From positions 2,842-66,841 of IMG/VR virus record IMGVR_UViG_3300020577_003088: a stretch of DNA of 64,000 nt; one strand, given 5' to 3'. A model generated the notes under the pieces. The model was not told the origin of the DNA and made no database searches. It saw only the letters and a program-made list of their open reading frames with translations. Within the stretch, counting starts at the first letter, position 1. Each line of letters starts with the position of its first letter. Below, piece by piece: positions 52,045 to 60,561 of this stretch. The position numbers and the translations under genes were made by a program. This DNA comes from a virus.

Positions 52045-53433
52045 ATGCTGACGCCGCCGCACGACCTCGCCGCCGAGCAAGCCGTGCTCGGCGCCCTGCT
52101 CTTCGACAACCAGTTGCTCGACGCCATGCCGTTGCTCGTCGGCGACTGCTTCTATGAGCCGGTTCACCAACGCATCTTCAGCGCGACGGTGCGTCTCATT
52201 CGCGCCGGTCGCATTGCGGACGCCGTGACATTGCGGGCGATGGCGGCGCGAGATGGCGCGCTCGAAGAGATCGGCGGCGCGCAATATCTGTTGAGGCTGC
52301 TCGAAGGCGCGGCGCGCTTGCGCACGCAAGCCATCGACTATGCACACTTGTTGATCGACTTGCGCGCGCGCCGCGAGATCGCCGTCGCTCTCAATGAAGC
52401 GGTTGGCATGCTCTCGCAAACGTCCGCGATTTCGGCGAGCGATCTATTGTCTGGGCTCGAAGCGAGCCTGCGCAAGATCGCGGTGAGCGGCGAGTCGAGC
52501 GGCGTGACGCTCGAAGAGGCGGCGCAAAACCTCATCGCCAACATGAGCGATCCGGCGCGACGCGGCATGCGAACCAGCTTCGACGTGCTCAATCGTCGCC
52601 TTGGCGGCTTCTTCCCTGGCGAACTGATCCTGATTGCCGGACGCCCGTCCATGGGGAAGACGGCCCTCGCCACAAACATCGCCCGCAACCTCGCCGCTGA
52701 AGGCAAGCGCGGTCACTTCGCCAGTTACGAAATGAGCGCCGAGAGCATCGCCGCACGGTCGCTCTCGGCGGCGTCATTCGCCGATGAACAAAGGCGTTTC
52801 GACTATGCCTCGCTCCGGCGCTCCTTCGAGGGTCCGAGCGTTGACGTGTCCATGCTGCGGGCGATGGCGCGCGATCTGCCCACGTCCCTTCTCATCGACT
52901 CCACGGCGGCGCAGACGGTGGCGCAACTCGACGCCTCGATCCGCAACACGCGTCGCCGCCTCGGCGGCATCGACTATGTGGTGGTGGACTATCTGCAACT
53001 CATGCGTTCGCCTGTGCGCGGCGGACGTGTCGAACAGATGACCGAAGTCAGCCAGGGCCTCAAGGCGCTCGGCATGACCTACAATGTGCCGGTCTTCGCG
53101 TTGTCGCAATTATCACGGTCGAACGAGTCGCGTGAGGACAAACGCCCCCAACTCCACGACCTCCGCGAGAGCGGATCGCTGGAACAGGACGCCGACGTGG
53201 TGCTCGGCGTTTATCGCGAGGCGTACTATCTGAAGCGCGCCCAGCCCATGCGCGCCAACTTCAAGAGCGAGTCAGAGTTCAATCTCGCCGACATCGAATG
53301 GAGCGACAAGCTGCGCGCCGTCGAGCGGATTCTTGAAGTCTCGACCCTCAAGCAACGCAACGGCGACGTGGGCACGGATACACTCGACTTTTGGGCGAAA
53401 TACGATGTCGCCGCTGACGCGGTGCGGAGGTAG
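52045..53433 (+). CDS. dnaB: Replicative DNA helicase, DnaB family
   Basis: N-terminus PHDLAAEQAVLGALLFDNQ...HQRIF...IGGAQYLLRL is the DnaB N-terminal signature. Walker A GRPSMGKTALA. Internal ATG of the track ORF taken as the start. Confidence 0.8.
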   Translation: MLTPPHDLAAEQAVLGALLFDNQLLDAMPLLVGDCFYEPVHQRIFSATVRLIRAGRIADAVTLRAMAARDGALEEIGGAQYLLRLLEGAARLRTQAIDYAHLLIDLRARREIAVALNEAVGMLSQTSAISASDLLSGLEASLRKIAVSGESSGVTLEEAAQNLIANMSDPARRGMRTSFDVLNRRLGGFFPGELILIAGRPSMGKTALATNIARNLAAEGKRGHFASYEMSAESIAARSLSAASFADEQRRFDYASLRRSFEGPSVDVSMLRAMARDLPTSLLIDSTAAQTVAQLDASIRNTRRRLGGIDYVVVDYLQLMRSPVRGGRVEQMTEVSQGLKALGMTYNVPVFALSQLSRSNESREDKRPQLHDLRESGSLEQDADVVLGVYREAYYLKRAQPMRANFKSESEFNLADIEWSDKLRAVERILEVSTLKQRNGDVGTDTLDFWAKYDVAADAVRR

Positions 53434-53435
53434 CA

Positions 53436-54425
53436 ATGGACGGCGCACGGTACTCGATCTTTGCGGCGCGCGCGGTCTTCGACGCACGGCTCACGAATAC
53501 CGCCAAGATCGTGCTCGCCGCCCTTGGCACCTACACGGACAAAGAAGGCTGGTGCCATCCGAGCCAGGCCACGCTCGCCGCGCGTCTGGGCATTGGGCGC
53601 CCTGCTGTCTCGGCCTCGATCAATATGCTGGTGGACTGCGGCTACGTCATGGTTCGCGCGCGCACGGCGTCAGGGCGCGGCAAGATCGGCAATGAGTACC
53701 GGGTCGTTACCGACCTCCCGAACGCCAGCGAACGTCCAATGTCGTCCTCGGACGACAACGGCAAAACACCCGATGTCGCTCCAGAAAGACAACGGAAGGG
53801 CCGCAAGGGAAATAGGGCCGTCGCCAAGCCGATGTCGTCCCAGAACGACAATGGGCCGATGTCGTCCCAGAACGACATGCCGATGTCGTCCCAGAACGAC
53901 ATCGTATATACGGATGAACGACCCCAGACTCTTGGGGGAAAGCCGAAGGGCGATTTGTTCGGGGAGCCCGCCCCTTCACCGGCCCCTCGCAAGCCGCGAG
54001 CGCCAGCATACCCGGAAGACTTCGAGGCGTTCTGGCGCACCTGGCCGAAGAACCGACGCGAGCGATCCGACAAGCGCACGGCGATGCGGCGATGGGCGGA
54101 CGCACGCATGCGCTGGGATGCGAGCCTGCTGATGCGCGCCGCCGAGAACTACCTCTCGAAGCCGGACACGCGGAAGGAGGACTGGCGCTACTGCTGCCTT
54201 GCCGAAGTGTTCCTCAACGGCAAGCTGGAGGCGGCGGTCGAGGCTGTCGAAGATCAGGCGCCGGAGCGCGAAGAGCCCGACGACGGCAATGGCCGCTACC
54301 GGGCGGCGTGCATGCTGCGGCTGAAGCATGGGCGTTGGCTCGCGAGCGGGCCGCAGGCAGATGAAATCCCGCATGTCGTGCAGCGGGAGTATCCTCAACT
54401 CTTCTCGCAAGGAGGTCTGCAATGA
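53436..54425 (+). CDS. Replication initiator-like protein (N-terminal wHTH) containing iterons
   Basis: wHTH LTNTAKIVLAALGTYTDKEGWCHPSQATLAARLGIGRPAVSASINMLVDCGYV is typical of phage replication-initiation proteins. Central PMSSQND repeats encode the DNA iterons. Confidence 0.55.
   Translation: MDGARYSIFAARAVFDARLTNTAKIVLAALGTYTDKEGWCHPSQATLAARLGIGRPAVSASINMLVDCGYVMVRARTASGRGKIGNEYRVVTDLPNASERPMSSSDDNGKTPDVAPERQRKGRKGNRAVAKPMSSQNDNGPMSSQNDMPMSSQNDIVYTDERPQTLGGKPKGDLFGEPAPSPAPRKPRAPAYPEDFEAFWRTWPKNRRERSDKRTAMRRWADARMRWDASLLMRAAENYLSKPDTRKEDWRYCCLAEVFLNGKLEAAVEAVEDQAPEREEPDDGNGRYRAACMLRLKHGRWLASGPQADEIPHVVQREYPQLFSQGGLQ
53736..53915 (+). repeat. Iteron array: 3 perfect and 2 degenerate copies of ccgATGTCGTcccagaACGACAt, plus AT-rich GTATATAC
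   Basis: Perfect copies at 53829-53850, 53856-53877 and 53880-53901. Degenerate copies near 53736 and 53769. Each unit is itself an inverted repeat (ATGTCGT / ACGACAT). The palindrome GTATATAC follows. Confidence 0.55.
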
Positions 54426-54616
54426 GCTACGCCGCGCGCAACACCGCGAAGGTATCCCCGAAGCACCGCGAGATTGATCCTGACGACGCGCGCTTCTGGC
54501 GTGAGCAGAGCGAACGCGAACCGCTGGACGAACGCATCGAATTGCTGAAAGAGGAATGCGGCAATGGCGCGCTCGCGTTCGCGCTGCGGGCCGCACTGGA
54601 GAAGCACGCGGGATGA
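54422..54616 (+). CDS. Hypothetical protein (64 aa)
   Basis: ATGA-coupled ORF. Confidence 0.4.
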   Translation: MSYAARNTAKVSPKHREIDPDDARFWREQSEREPLDERIELLKEECGNGALAFALRAALEKHAG

Positions 54617-54798
54617 TCTGCGACGACGCGCTCAATGACCCGGAGCGCCGCATGGCGACGGCCTATTGCGGTCAGTGTCGGGTTTTCTTTTACGTCGAAT
54701 GCCCGGTATGCGCGCATCACGCCGCAGGGCCGCCGCCGAAGATGGACGAGCGCGCCGATGATCTTCCGTTGCTGAACTGGATCAACCAAAACCCATGA
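54613..54798 (+). CDS. Cys-rich zinc-ribbon-like small protein (61 aa)
   Basis: Internal ATG overlapping the previous stop. CGQC ... CPVC motifs. Confidence 0.35.
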   Translation: MICDDALNDPERRMATAYCGQCRVFFYVECPVCAHHAAGPPPKMDERADDLPLLNWINQNP

Positions 54799-54998
54799 CG
54801 ACCGCCCCTTCCCGACGCTCGATTTTCAAGGGCCTCATGGCCGCGCCTGTTGCGGCGGCTGTGGGCTCTGATGTCGCCGCCCAGCCATGGGCTTACGGGA
54901 TTGATCCGTATTATGGATCGCCATTATGGATCGCCGCTGCCGATGGCGCCGAACGTGGCGGGAGAGGCCATGAGCGCATGGCGCATGGACGCGGCTAG
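54795..54998 (+). CDS. Small ORF with twin-arginine-like N-terminus (weak)
   Basis: ATGA coupling with the previous gene. SRRSIFKGLMAAPVAAAVGS resembles a Tat signal, but the protein is only 67 aa. Confidence 0.25.
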   Translation: MTTAPSRRSIFKGLMAAPVAAAVGSDVAAQPWAYGIDPYYGSPLWIAAADGAERGGRGHERMAHGRG

Positions 54999-55233
54999 CG
55001 CCAACGCAGAGAAGATTGCAGAGCGTGTCGTGACTTCTGGCTACGCCGAAGTCATCGGCGAACGCGCCAAGCCTCCCGGCTCCACCGGCTCATGGGAGGC
55101 TGTATGGGATCGCATGGAGGTCGTGCAACCGTCTCTCGCGGCGAGGTGCCGTCGTCTCTCTCGATTGCGCTCTATGAGCCAGGCGGCGAAATGGGCGTAC
55201 GGTTCCCCGACAGCCACGCCGACATCGCCTTGA
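54970..55233 (+). CDS. Hypothetical protein (87 aa)
   Basis: ATG with GGGAGAGG RBS. This is the internal Met of the track ORF 54850-55233. Confidence 0.25.
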   Translation: MSAWRMDAASANAEKIAERVVTSGYAEVIGERAKPPGSTGSWEAVWDRMEVVQPSLAARCRRLSRLRSMSQAAKWAYGSPTATPTSP

Positions 55234-55525
55234 GCGCGTGCTCATCCCAGCCGTCGATCTGATCCGCCAGAGCGGCGTCTAGTTGTGCGGCGCTGAACAG
55301 GAGATCGACGGCGTTGCCAGCGAACGCGCCTCGGTGAAAGACCCCCTCCCCGGTCCAGAAGTCACAGAACACCGAGCCGTCCGCCTGCGACATATAGGGT
55401 TTGCCGGAGAAGAACGGCTTCGTCCGGCGCATGTCTGGCGGCACGTCGAGAACCGCATCCCAGATCGCCTTCATCTTGGGGTGGATGTCATCGACGGCGT
55501 AGAGGATGCCGCGTGGCTCAATCAT
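55172..55525 (-). CDS. Hypothetical protein (117 aa)
   Basis: Last gene of the second leftward operon. Confidence 0.4.
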   Translation of the reverse strand: MIEPRGILYAVDDIHPKMKAIWDAVLDVPPDMRRTKPFFSGKPYMSQADGSVFCDFWTGEGVFHRGAFAGNAVDLLFSAAQLDAALADQIDGWDEHALKAMSAWLSGNRTPISPPGS

Positions 55526-55895
55526 GGCCGCCTACCTTTACACGCTCGTTGATCTCAACAACGCCGTCCCTCTCGATGGCGTCTGGCGGCAGGCCGTTCC
55601 TCTCCCAATTCTCGATCTTCAATAGGGTCAGTTCCTTGACGGCGTACTTCATCCCTTCATAGGCGATAAGGGCTTGGCGACAGAAGTAGGCGCCGACACC
55701 GGCCACCAACGCCGCGATGGCTGCGTCTCCAGCGCGCGCCGTCGCATTGTGCGCCACAAGATAGATGCCCATGAGCAGAGCGCCAGCGGCGTAACCTGTC
55801 AGCAGCATTCCAGTGACGCTCGCGAGGCGCTGACGGAAGGCGATGGAGTGGCCGTTGACCCTAATCATCATAAAGGCGTCAGGCGCGATTTTCAT
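55518..55895 (-). CDS. Small membrane protein (2 TM)
   Basis: Internal ATG (MKIAPDAF...). Hydrophobic segments LLTGYAAGALLMGIYLV and AIAALVAGVGAYF. Confidence 0.4.
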   Translation of the reverse strand: MKIAPDAFMMIRVNGHSIAFRQRLASVTGMLLTGYAAGALLMGIYLVAHNATARAGDAAIAALVAGVGAYFCRQALIAYEGMKYAVKELTLLKIENWERNGLPPDAIERDGVVEINERVKVGGHD

Positions 55896-55908
55896 GGTGC
55901 TTCCCTTC

Positions 55909-56196
55909 CTAGAAGTAGTCGATGCGGCGCGCACTGCCGCCTTCCTTGACGCGCCACCACCTATGCCAGGCGATGGTCATGGCGGCATCTAAGATCATCC
56001 GAACGACGATGTAGATGGCGCAAAGCGTGAAGGCGAGCGCCGATGATCCGTCAAGGGAAGCAAGCTGGCCGTTGGAGAATTGCTTGTCCGCCGCGCGCCA
56101 GAGGCCGGGGATGAAGTCGATGGCGAATGCGCAGCCCAACATGACGCCCCAGATCAGGCGATACCATGCGGCGTCTTCCGTGATCTTCGGGATCAT
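55909..56196 (-). CDS. Small membrane protein (95 aa)
   Basis: Hydrophobic segments IWGVMLGCAFAIDFI and LAFTLCAIYIVVRMIL. Confidence 0.4.
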   Translation of the reverse strand: MIPKITEDAAWYRLIWGVMLGCAFAIDFIPGLWRAADKQFSNGQLASLDGSSALAFTLCAIYIVVRMILDAAMTIAWHRWWRVKEGGSARRIDYF

Positions 56197-56513
56197 GAGA
56201 TCACCGCCTTCTCCGTCACGATCTCTCCCTCGATAGGTGCGCGCATTGGCACGCCGTTCGGGCTAAGGCGCGGCGTGAGCCCGCCGCCCTCGGTGCCGAC
56301 GTACTGGATGCCTGTGTGGTGATCGGTGTAGAGGCGCAGGCCAGAGCGGGCGCCTTTCGGGTCATCCGTGGTGTCGCGAGGCGCGAGCGAACGAACCGCC
56401 GCAACGGCGACCGCCGATAAGGTCCACACGCCCCAGAAAAGAAGCGTGAGGAGAACGACGATCTTAAGGAACAAGAACATACCCTCTCCCATGTCACCGC
56501 TCCTCATGTGCAA
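56193..56513 (-). CDS. Small membrane protein (N-terminal TM)
   Basis: FLFLKIVVLLTLLFWGVWTLSAVAVAAV. The start is uncertain. Confidence 0.35.
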   Translation of the reverse strand: MHMRSGDMGEGMFLFLKIVVLLTLLFWGVWTLSAVAVAAVRSLAPRDTTDDPKGARSGLRLYTDHHTGIQYVGTEGGGLTPRLSPNGVPMRAPIEGEIVTEKAVIS

Positions 56514-56832
56514 ATGGCGTGATGAGCACGACGATGGCGTTGAAGAGCGCGGCGGCGCCGACGATGGCGAACCACGACACGACCATATCGGCGGGCCAGA
56601 TCAGCGCGATGGGGCGCGGTTGATAGACGCCGACCGCCGTCAGCGCGACCCAATGGCTCATGCAGTACGGACATGACGCCATCTTGCCGATGACGGGATG
56701 CGCGCGCCAGGCAAGGTCGCGCAGCCATTTGAACATGCTCGACTTGGTGAGCGTGAGCGTGACGGCGCAGACCGCCAGCATCAGAATGAAGAGCGCGGCG
56801 ACGCCATCGCCGGAGACCAATAGTGTTTGCAT
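56494..56832 (-). CDS. DUF1360-like membrane protein
   Basis: CPYCMSHW motif between hydrophobic helices, as remembered for the DUF1360 family. Internal ATG (MQTLLVSG...). Confidence 0.45.
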   Translation of the reverse strand: MQTLLVSGDGVAALFILMLAVCAVTLTLTKSSMFKWLRDLAWRAHPVIGKMASCPYCMSHWVALTAVGVYQPRPIALIWPADMVVSWFAIVGAAALFNAIVVLITPFAHEER

Positions 56833-56864
56833 GGTGTGTCTCGTGTGTCCTCTACAAGTGACGG

Positions 56865-57179
56865 TTACTGGTCGGCGGCGCGGGCGGCGTACCAGTCGGA
56901 ACTGCTCGCTCGACGAGAGGTTTTTTGGCCATTTACAAAAAAATAGAACCCTCCGTAGTTGCATGATTTTACGCCGCACTTGCAGCGCACATCAGGCGGT
57001 TCCGGTTTTTCCTCAACCGAACGCAGCGCTTCAACGGCGCGCGCGGCTTCGGTCGCCGCCGAGGTCGCCGCCTCGGCGGCTTGGGCGGTGTCCGGTTTCT
57101 TGAGGTCGCCGCCGAGCGTAACCTTCGGGTCGGTCTCGACGGTCGGCGCCTTTTTGATCTTCTTGCGGTCCTGGCTCAT
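56865..57179 (-). CDS. Hypothetical protein with disordered N-terminus and CKCGVKSC motif
   Basis: ATG at 57179. Low-complexity Ala/Glu/Lys N-terminal half and Cys-rich C-terminal half. Confidence 0.35.
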   Translation of the reverse strand: MSQDRKKIKKAPTVETDPKVTLGGDLKKPDTAQAAEAATSAATEAARAVEALRSVEEKPEPPDVRCKCGVKSCNYGGFYFFVNGQKTSRRASSSDWYAARAADQ

Positions 57180-57222
57180 GGCCCCTCTCTATTGGCTCTA
57201 TTGGCCCTGTCGGACAGGCGGC

Positions 57223-58665
57223 TTACGCCGCCTGCCTTTGACGGTCGGTGCGGTAGACGGCGCGTACGCGGCGGTCGCCGACGAGTTCAAGGATCGCGTC
57301 GCGGTGGTCGAGATCGCGGTTCTGATCTTCGACCGCCTTCAGCGCCCGCAGAATGTCGTCGCGTTGAAGGCCGCCCATGGTATTGGCCTTGAGATCGCGT
57401 TGCAGCGCAAACGAGGTCGCCTGCTGCACCACGCCCGCCACCAGCGCGCCATTGACCAAGTGACGCAGCGCAAGGGTTTCGTCGCCGTCTTCCGTCTCCA
57501 CGCGGTAGAGCGCGCGCTTGGCGTGGAAGAGTTCGACGGCGGAGAACGCCGCGACATCCTCGATGTCTTCCCCGTCCGCCAGCGGCACGCCACGAAGGTT
57601 CATGGCGAAGATCGAATGGCTGGACGTGAGGTCAGGCCGCTCAATCTTGATCTTGCGGTCGATCCGTCCGTCGCGCACGATGGCCGGGTCGAGCGTGTCG
57701 GGCCGGTTGGTGGCGAGGATCGTCAGCGCGCCGGTCTCTTCGAGGCCGTCCATTTCCGTCAGAAACGCCGGAACGATGGTGCGCTCCATGTCCGAGGAAA
57801 TCGACGATCCGCGACGGCCCAGCAACGAGTCGGCTTCGTCGATGAAGATGACCGCAGGCGCCCCCGTCTCTTTCTTGAAGCGTCGGGCGCGCGCAAAGAG
57901 ATCGCGGATCGACGCCTCCGCCACGCCGACGAAGCGGTCAAGGAGTTCCGGCCCCTTCACATAGAGGAAGCCATCGCTCGTCCCCTTGTCAGCGTGCAGG
58001 CTCGCCAACGCCGTCGCCGCCGCCTTGCCGAGCATGGTCTTGCCGCAGCCGGGAGGGCCATAGAGCAGGATGCCCTTGGCGGGCTTCTTGCCGTAGTGTG
58101 AGAAGATCGCCGGGTTCCGATGCGGCAGTTCGACGGCCTCGATCATCGCGGCCTTGGCGTCTTGCAGCCCGCCGATGTCGTTCCACGAGACATTGGTCTC
58201 TTCGCGCACGACGTAGGCTTGCTGCTGTTTGGGCAGCTTGCGGGCGGCAATGATGTTGCCTTCGACGATCACGCGGTCGCCCGCTTCCAGCTTGAGGCCG
58301 CCGGAGAAAATGACTACCGGAGCGCCATCGCTGCGGATTTCGACGAAGCGCTTGTCGATGACGCTGGAGATCGTCTGGATGGTCCCGCCGAGATCGAAGT
58401 CGATCAGATCGACGATCTGCATGTTGAGCACAAGCACCCGCGAGCCGATCTTCAGCTTGAGGCCGTTGGCAGGCTCGACCTGGGCCATGGCCCCGCCGAC
58501 GCAGACGATAGGCTTGGGTTTCAACTCGACGACGACGCCGAATGATTTCGGCGATTCAGACACGCGGTCGATGAAGTCTTGCTGTTGCGCGAGCGCTTCT
58601 TGCGCCTGCTCAAGCGCCGACTTGAGCGCTTCGACTTGCCGGAGGATTTCTGCGTCCTTGCCCAT
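57223..58665 (-). CDS. AAA+ ATPase of the classical (FtsH/proteasomal ARC/PAN) clade with N-terminal coiled coil and OB-like domains
   Basis: Walker A GILLYGPPGCGKT, Walker B VIFIDEADS, second region of homology ILATNRPDTLDPAIVRDGRIDRKIKIERPD. N-terminal coiled coil and two beta-rich segments give an ARC/Mpa/PAN-like architecture. Confidence 0.75.
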   Translation of the reverse strand: MGKDAEILRQVEALKSALEQAQEALAQQQDFIDRVSESPKSFGVVVELKPKPIVCVGGAMAQVEPANGLKLKIGSRVLVLNMQIVDLIDFDLGGTIQTISSVIDKRFVEIRSDGAPVVIFSGGLKLEAGDRVIVEGNIIAARKLPKQQQAYVVREETNVSWNDIGGLQDAKAAMIEAVELPHRNPAIFSHYGKKPAKGILLYGPPGCGKTMLGKAAATALASLHADKGTSDGFLYVKGPELLDRFVGVAEASIRDLFARARRFKKETGAPAVIFIDEADSLLGRRGSSISSDMERTIVPAFLTEMDGLEETGALTILATNRPDTLDPAIVRDGRIDRKIKIERPDLTSSHSIFAMNLRGVPLADGEDIEDVAAFSAVELFHAKRALYRVETEDGDETLALRHLVNGALVAGVVQQATSFALQRDLKANTMGGLQRDDILRALKAVEDQNRDLDHRDAILELVGDRRVRAVYRTDRQRQAA

Positions 58666-58707
58666 GGTGTGATCTTGTCCCTGCACACGGTCAATCCGCC
58701 GGGATCA

Positions 58708-58740
58708 TGTATAGCGTATTGCTATCACCGCAACCCCTGT
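58708..58740 (-). promoter_or_regulatory. GCTATACA motif plus palindrome ATAGC-N5-GCTAT upstream of the AAA+ ATPase gene
   Basis: Plus strand reads catGTATAGCgtattGCTATcacc. The -10-like TATACA on the minus strand lies ~45 nt upstream of the ATPase ATG. Confidence 0.3.
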
Positions 58741-58748
58741 TGGGCGAA

Positions 58749-58973
58749 TTATTTCCAGTAGCGCGGATTCCAGTATTGAGCGACGATCTCCCGCCGGGCG
58801 TCGGTTACGGCCTCGACCTCGGCATAAGCGACATGGGACAGTCCCATATACGCGCGCCAGACTTCATCTGCCGCCGGGCGGTTGGCGAAGACCCGTTCGC
58901 GTTCTTCACCCTCCGGGCTGGCGGTTCGGACGACATAGGTTGTCTCCGTCCGGCTGCGCTCCATATTGCTCAT
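58749..58973 (-). CDS. Hypothetical protein, first gene of the second leftward operon
   Basis: Track ORF 58749-59045. Start chosen at MSNMERS (58973) because GCTATACATG lies immediately upstream. The alternative start is 59045. Confidence 0.3.
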   Translation of the reverse strand: MSNMERSRTETTYVVRTASPEGEERERVFANRPAADEVWRAYMGLSHVAYAEVEAVTDARREIVAQYWNPRYWK

Positions 58974-58979
58974 CGGCGG

Positions 58980-59068
58980 CATGTATAGCAGAAGGCGAAC
59001 AAAGGCAATGGCCGTGGCGTCGCCGTGCGGCGGGATGTTGCGCAAATCATTGAACCGACCTATCTAAT
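58980..59068. promoter_or_regulatory. Second divergent switch region: GCTATACATG (minus) and TTGCGC-N17-TATCTA (plus)
   Basis: Minus-strand TATACA is followed within 8 nt by ATG codons, suggesting a leaderless transcript. The plus-strand promoter-like pair ends 8 nt before ATG 59074. Confidence 0.3.
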
Positions 59069-59073
59069 TTTGC

Positions 59074-59307
59074 ATGACTCGCCCGAAACGCCTGACCGGC
59101 GCCCAACTGCGCAAGGAACGCGAACGTCTCGACATGACGGGCGAGGCGTTTGGCGAGTACCTTGCCGAACTGACCGGAAACCCCCGCGCCTATACGCGGG
59201 CGGAGGTCTCGAATTGGGAGACCGAGGCCCGCCCCTTCCCGGCGCATCTGGAACTGGCGCTCGTCCGCAGGCAACTCGAAGAGTGCCGGAAGAAGGCAAG
59301 GCGCTAA
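59074..59307 (+). CDS. Cro/XRE-family HTH regulator
   Basis: 77 aa. LTGAQLRKERERLDMTGEAFGEYLA ... YTRAEVSNWE fits an XRE HTH. Confidence 0.55.
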   Translation: MTRPKRLTGAQLRKERERLDMTGEAFGEYLAELTGNPRAYTRAEVSNWETEARPFPAHLELALVRRQLEECRKKARR

Positions 59308-59345
59308 CGTCTCCTCAATACTTTTGCGGCTAGAGTGCGCGCTCA

Positions 59346-59558
59346 ATGGAGCGGCGCATGTTCACGATCTGGAGTAGGGAGAAGGGCTTCGGGGAGAGGT
59401 TCGTCCACCTATTCGAGGCGATGGAGAGAGCGCGAGCGTTGGCCGCCGACTGGCCCGACATCCGGTTCCACGTCATGCAGGCCCACGGTTGGGCGATGAG
59501 CACCCCCTCTGGCGCCGTTATGGTAGTAGAAGGTCGGGCTGCTTCGTTTGCCGCCTGA
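59346..59558 (+). CDS. Hypothetical protein (70 aa)
   Basis: ORF in the rightward unit. Confidence 0.35.
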   Translation: MERRMFTIWSREKGFGERFVHLFEAMERARALAADWPDIRFHVMQAHGWAMSTPSGAVMVVEGRAASFAA

Positions 59559-59577
59559 CGGCTCCGAGGCGCGCGTG

Positions 59578-59952
59578 ATGGTCGATCTCCCTCCGATGGA
59601 TATAGGATCGCTGGTGGAGTTTTTCGTGCTCCTCGCCGGGGTGCTTGGCGTCTGGTTCACCGTCCGCAACGACATCGCCAACATGAAGGCGCGGCAGGCG
59701 GCGCAAGATTTGCTGCTGAAGCAGCACGCGGAGAAGCTGGAAATTCACGGCGCCTTTGAGCCGCGCTTGCGGCAAGTAGAAAGCCACGGCGAGAAGGTTG
59801 AGCAGATCGCCCCCCTCGCCGAGCGGATGTCGTCTTTCGAGCGACATACCCTTGAAACCCTTTCAGGCATGCGCGATCAGATGCGGGAATTGGCGCAGTC
59901 CGTGCGCGACCTGACATCGGCCTTCGTCGGCAAAGCCCGGCAGATCGGCTAG
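59578..59952 (+). CDS. Membrane-anchored coiled-coil protein
   Basis: Internal ATG (MVDLPP...). TM segment LVEFFVLLAGVLGVWFTV followed by a helical/coiled region. Confidence 0.4.
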   Translation: MVDLPPMDIGSLVEFFVLLAGVLGVWFTVRNDIANMKARQAAQDLLLKQHAEKLEIHGAFEPRLRQVESHGEKVEQIAPLAERMSSFERHTLETLSGMRDQMRELAQSVRDLTSAFVGKARQIG

Positions 59953-59958
59953 CTGGGC

Positions 59959-60561
59959 ATGGCCAAAGACCCCCGCCTTTCCATCGGCGCGAACGGCGGG
60001 CCGCCGCTGGATGAGGCGCCCGCAAAGCCTCCGACACGGGTCATGGACCCGGCGCTTGTCCGTCTGGCGCATCTGGGCTGCAAGATGGTCGCCCTCCTCA
60101 TGGAAGAACAAGACCCGGCCAAGGTGCTCATCAAGCGCCAGGGAGGCCGTGCGCTCATCACCCGCAAGGTCTGGCTCTACGCGATGCAGCGATTTGTGCC
60201 GCAATGGATGCTGGCCCAGATGACCGGCCTTGATCGCGGGACGGTCGCCCAAGATCAGCGCGATGTCGCCGTGTGGATGGAGAACAAGGGCCTGATCCGC
60301 TCGCTTGTGGAGGCGGTGATCGACGCCACCGAAGTTCTCCCGGCTTTTGTCGAAGACGGCGCCGAGTTCGTCGAGGAGTGCCTGCTTGAGCTATCGGTCA
60401 AGCGAGTGCGGGCGGCGGCGGCGCTGCTGGAGGAGAGCGCCCCGCCCCCTCCCGCCGTGGTCACGCTCATTCGTGAGGGACGGCTTACGCCGCAACGGGC
60501 GTGCGCCCTCTACGGCGTGAAGCCCGCGCAAGTCGAAAGATGGGTTAGGATGTCGGTCTGA
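59959..60561 (+). CDS. Hypothetical protein with C-terminal HTH-like segment
   Basis: 200 aa. C-terminal REGRLTPQRACALYGVKPAQVERWV. Confidence 0.45.
   Translation: MAKDPRLSIGANGGPPLDEAPAKPPTRVMDPALVRLAHLGCKMVALLMEEQDPAKVLIKRQGGRALITRKVWLYAMQRFVPQWMLAQMTGLDRGTVAQDQRDVAVWMENKGLIRSLVEAVIDATEVLPAFVEDGAEFVEECLLELSVKRVRAAAALLEESAPPPPAVVTLIREGRLTPQRACALYGVKPAQVERWVRMSV

Noticed and set aside
57186-57212. 9-bp tandem repeat tctattggc x2 upstream of the 56865-57179 gene
   Set aside because: Only two short copies, overlapping the RBS region. Likely coincidental.
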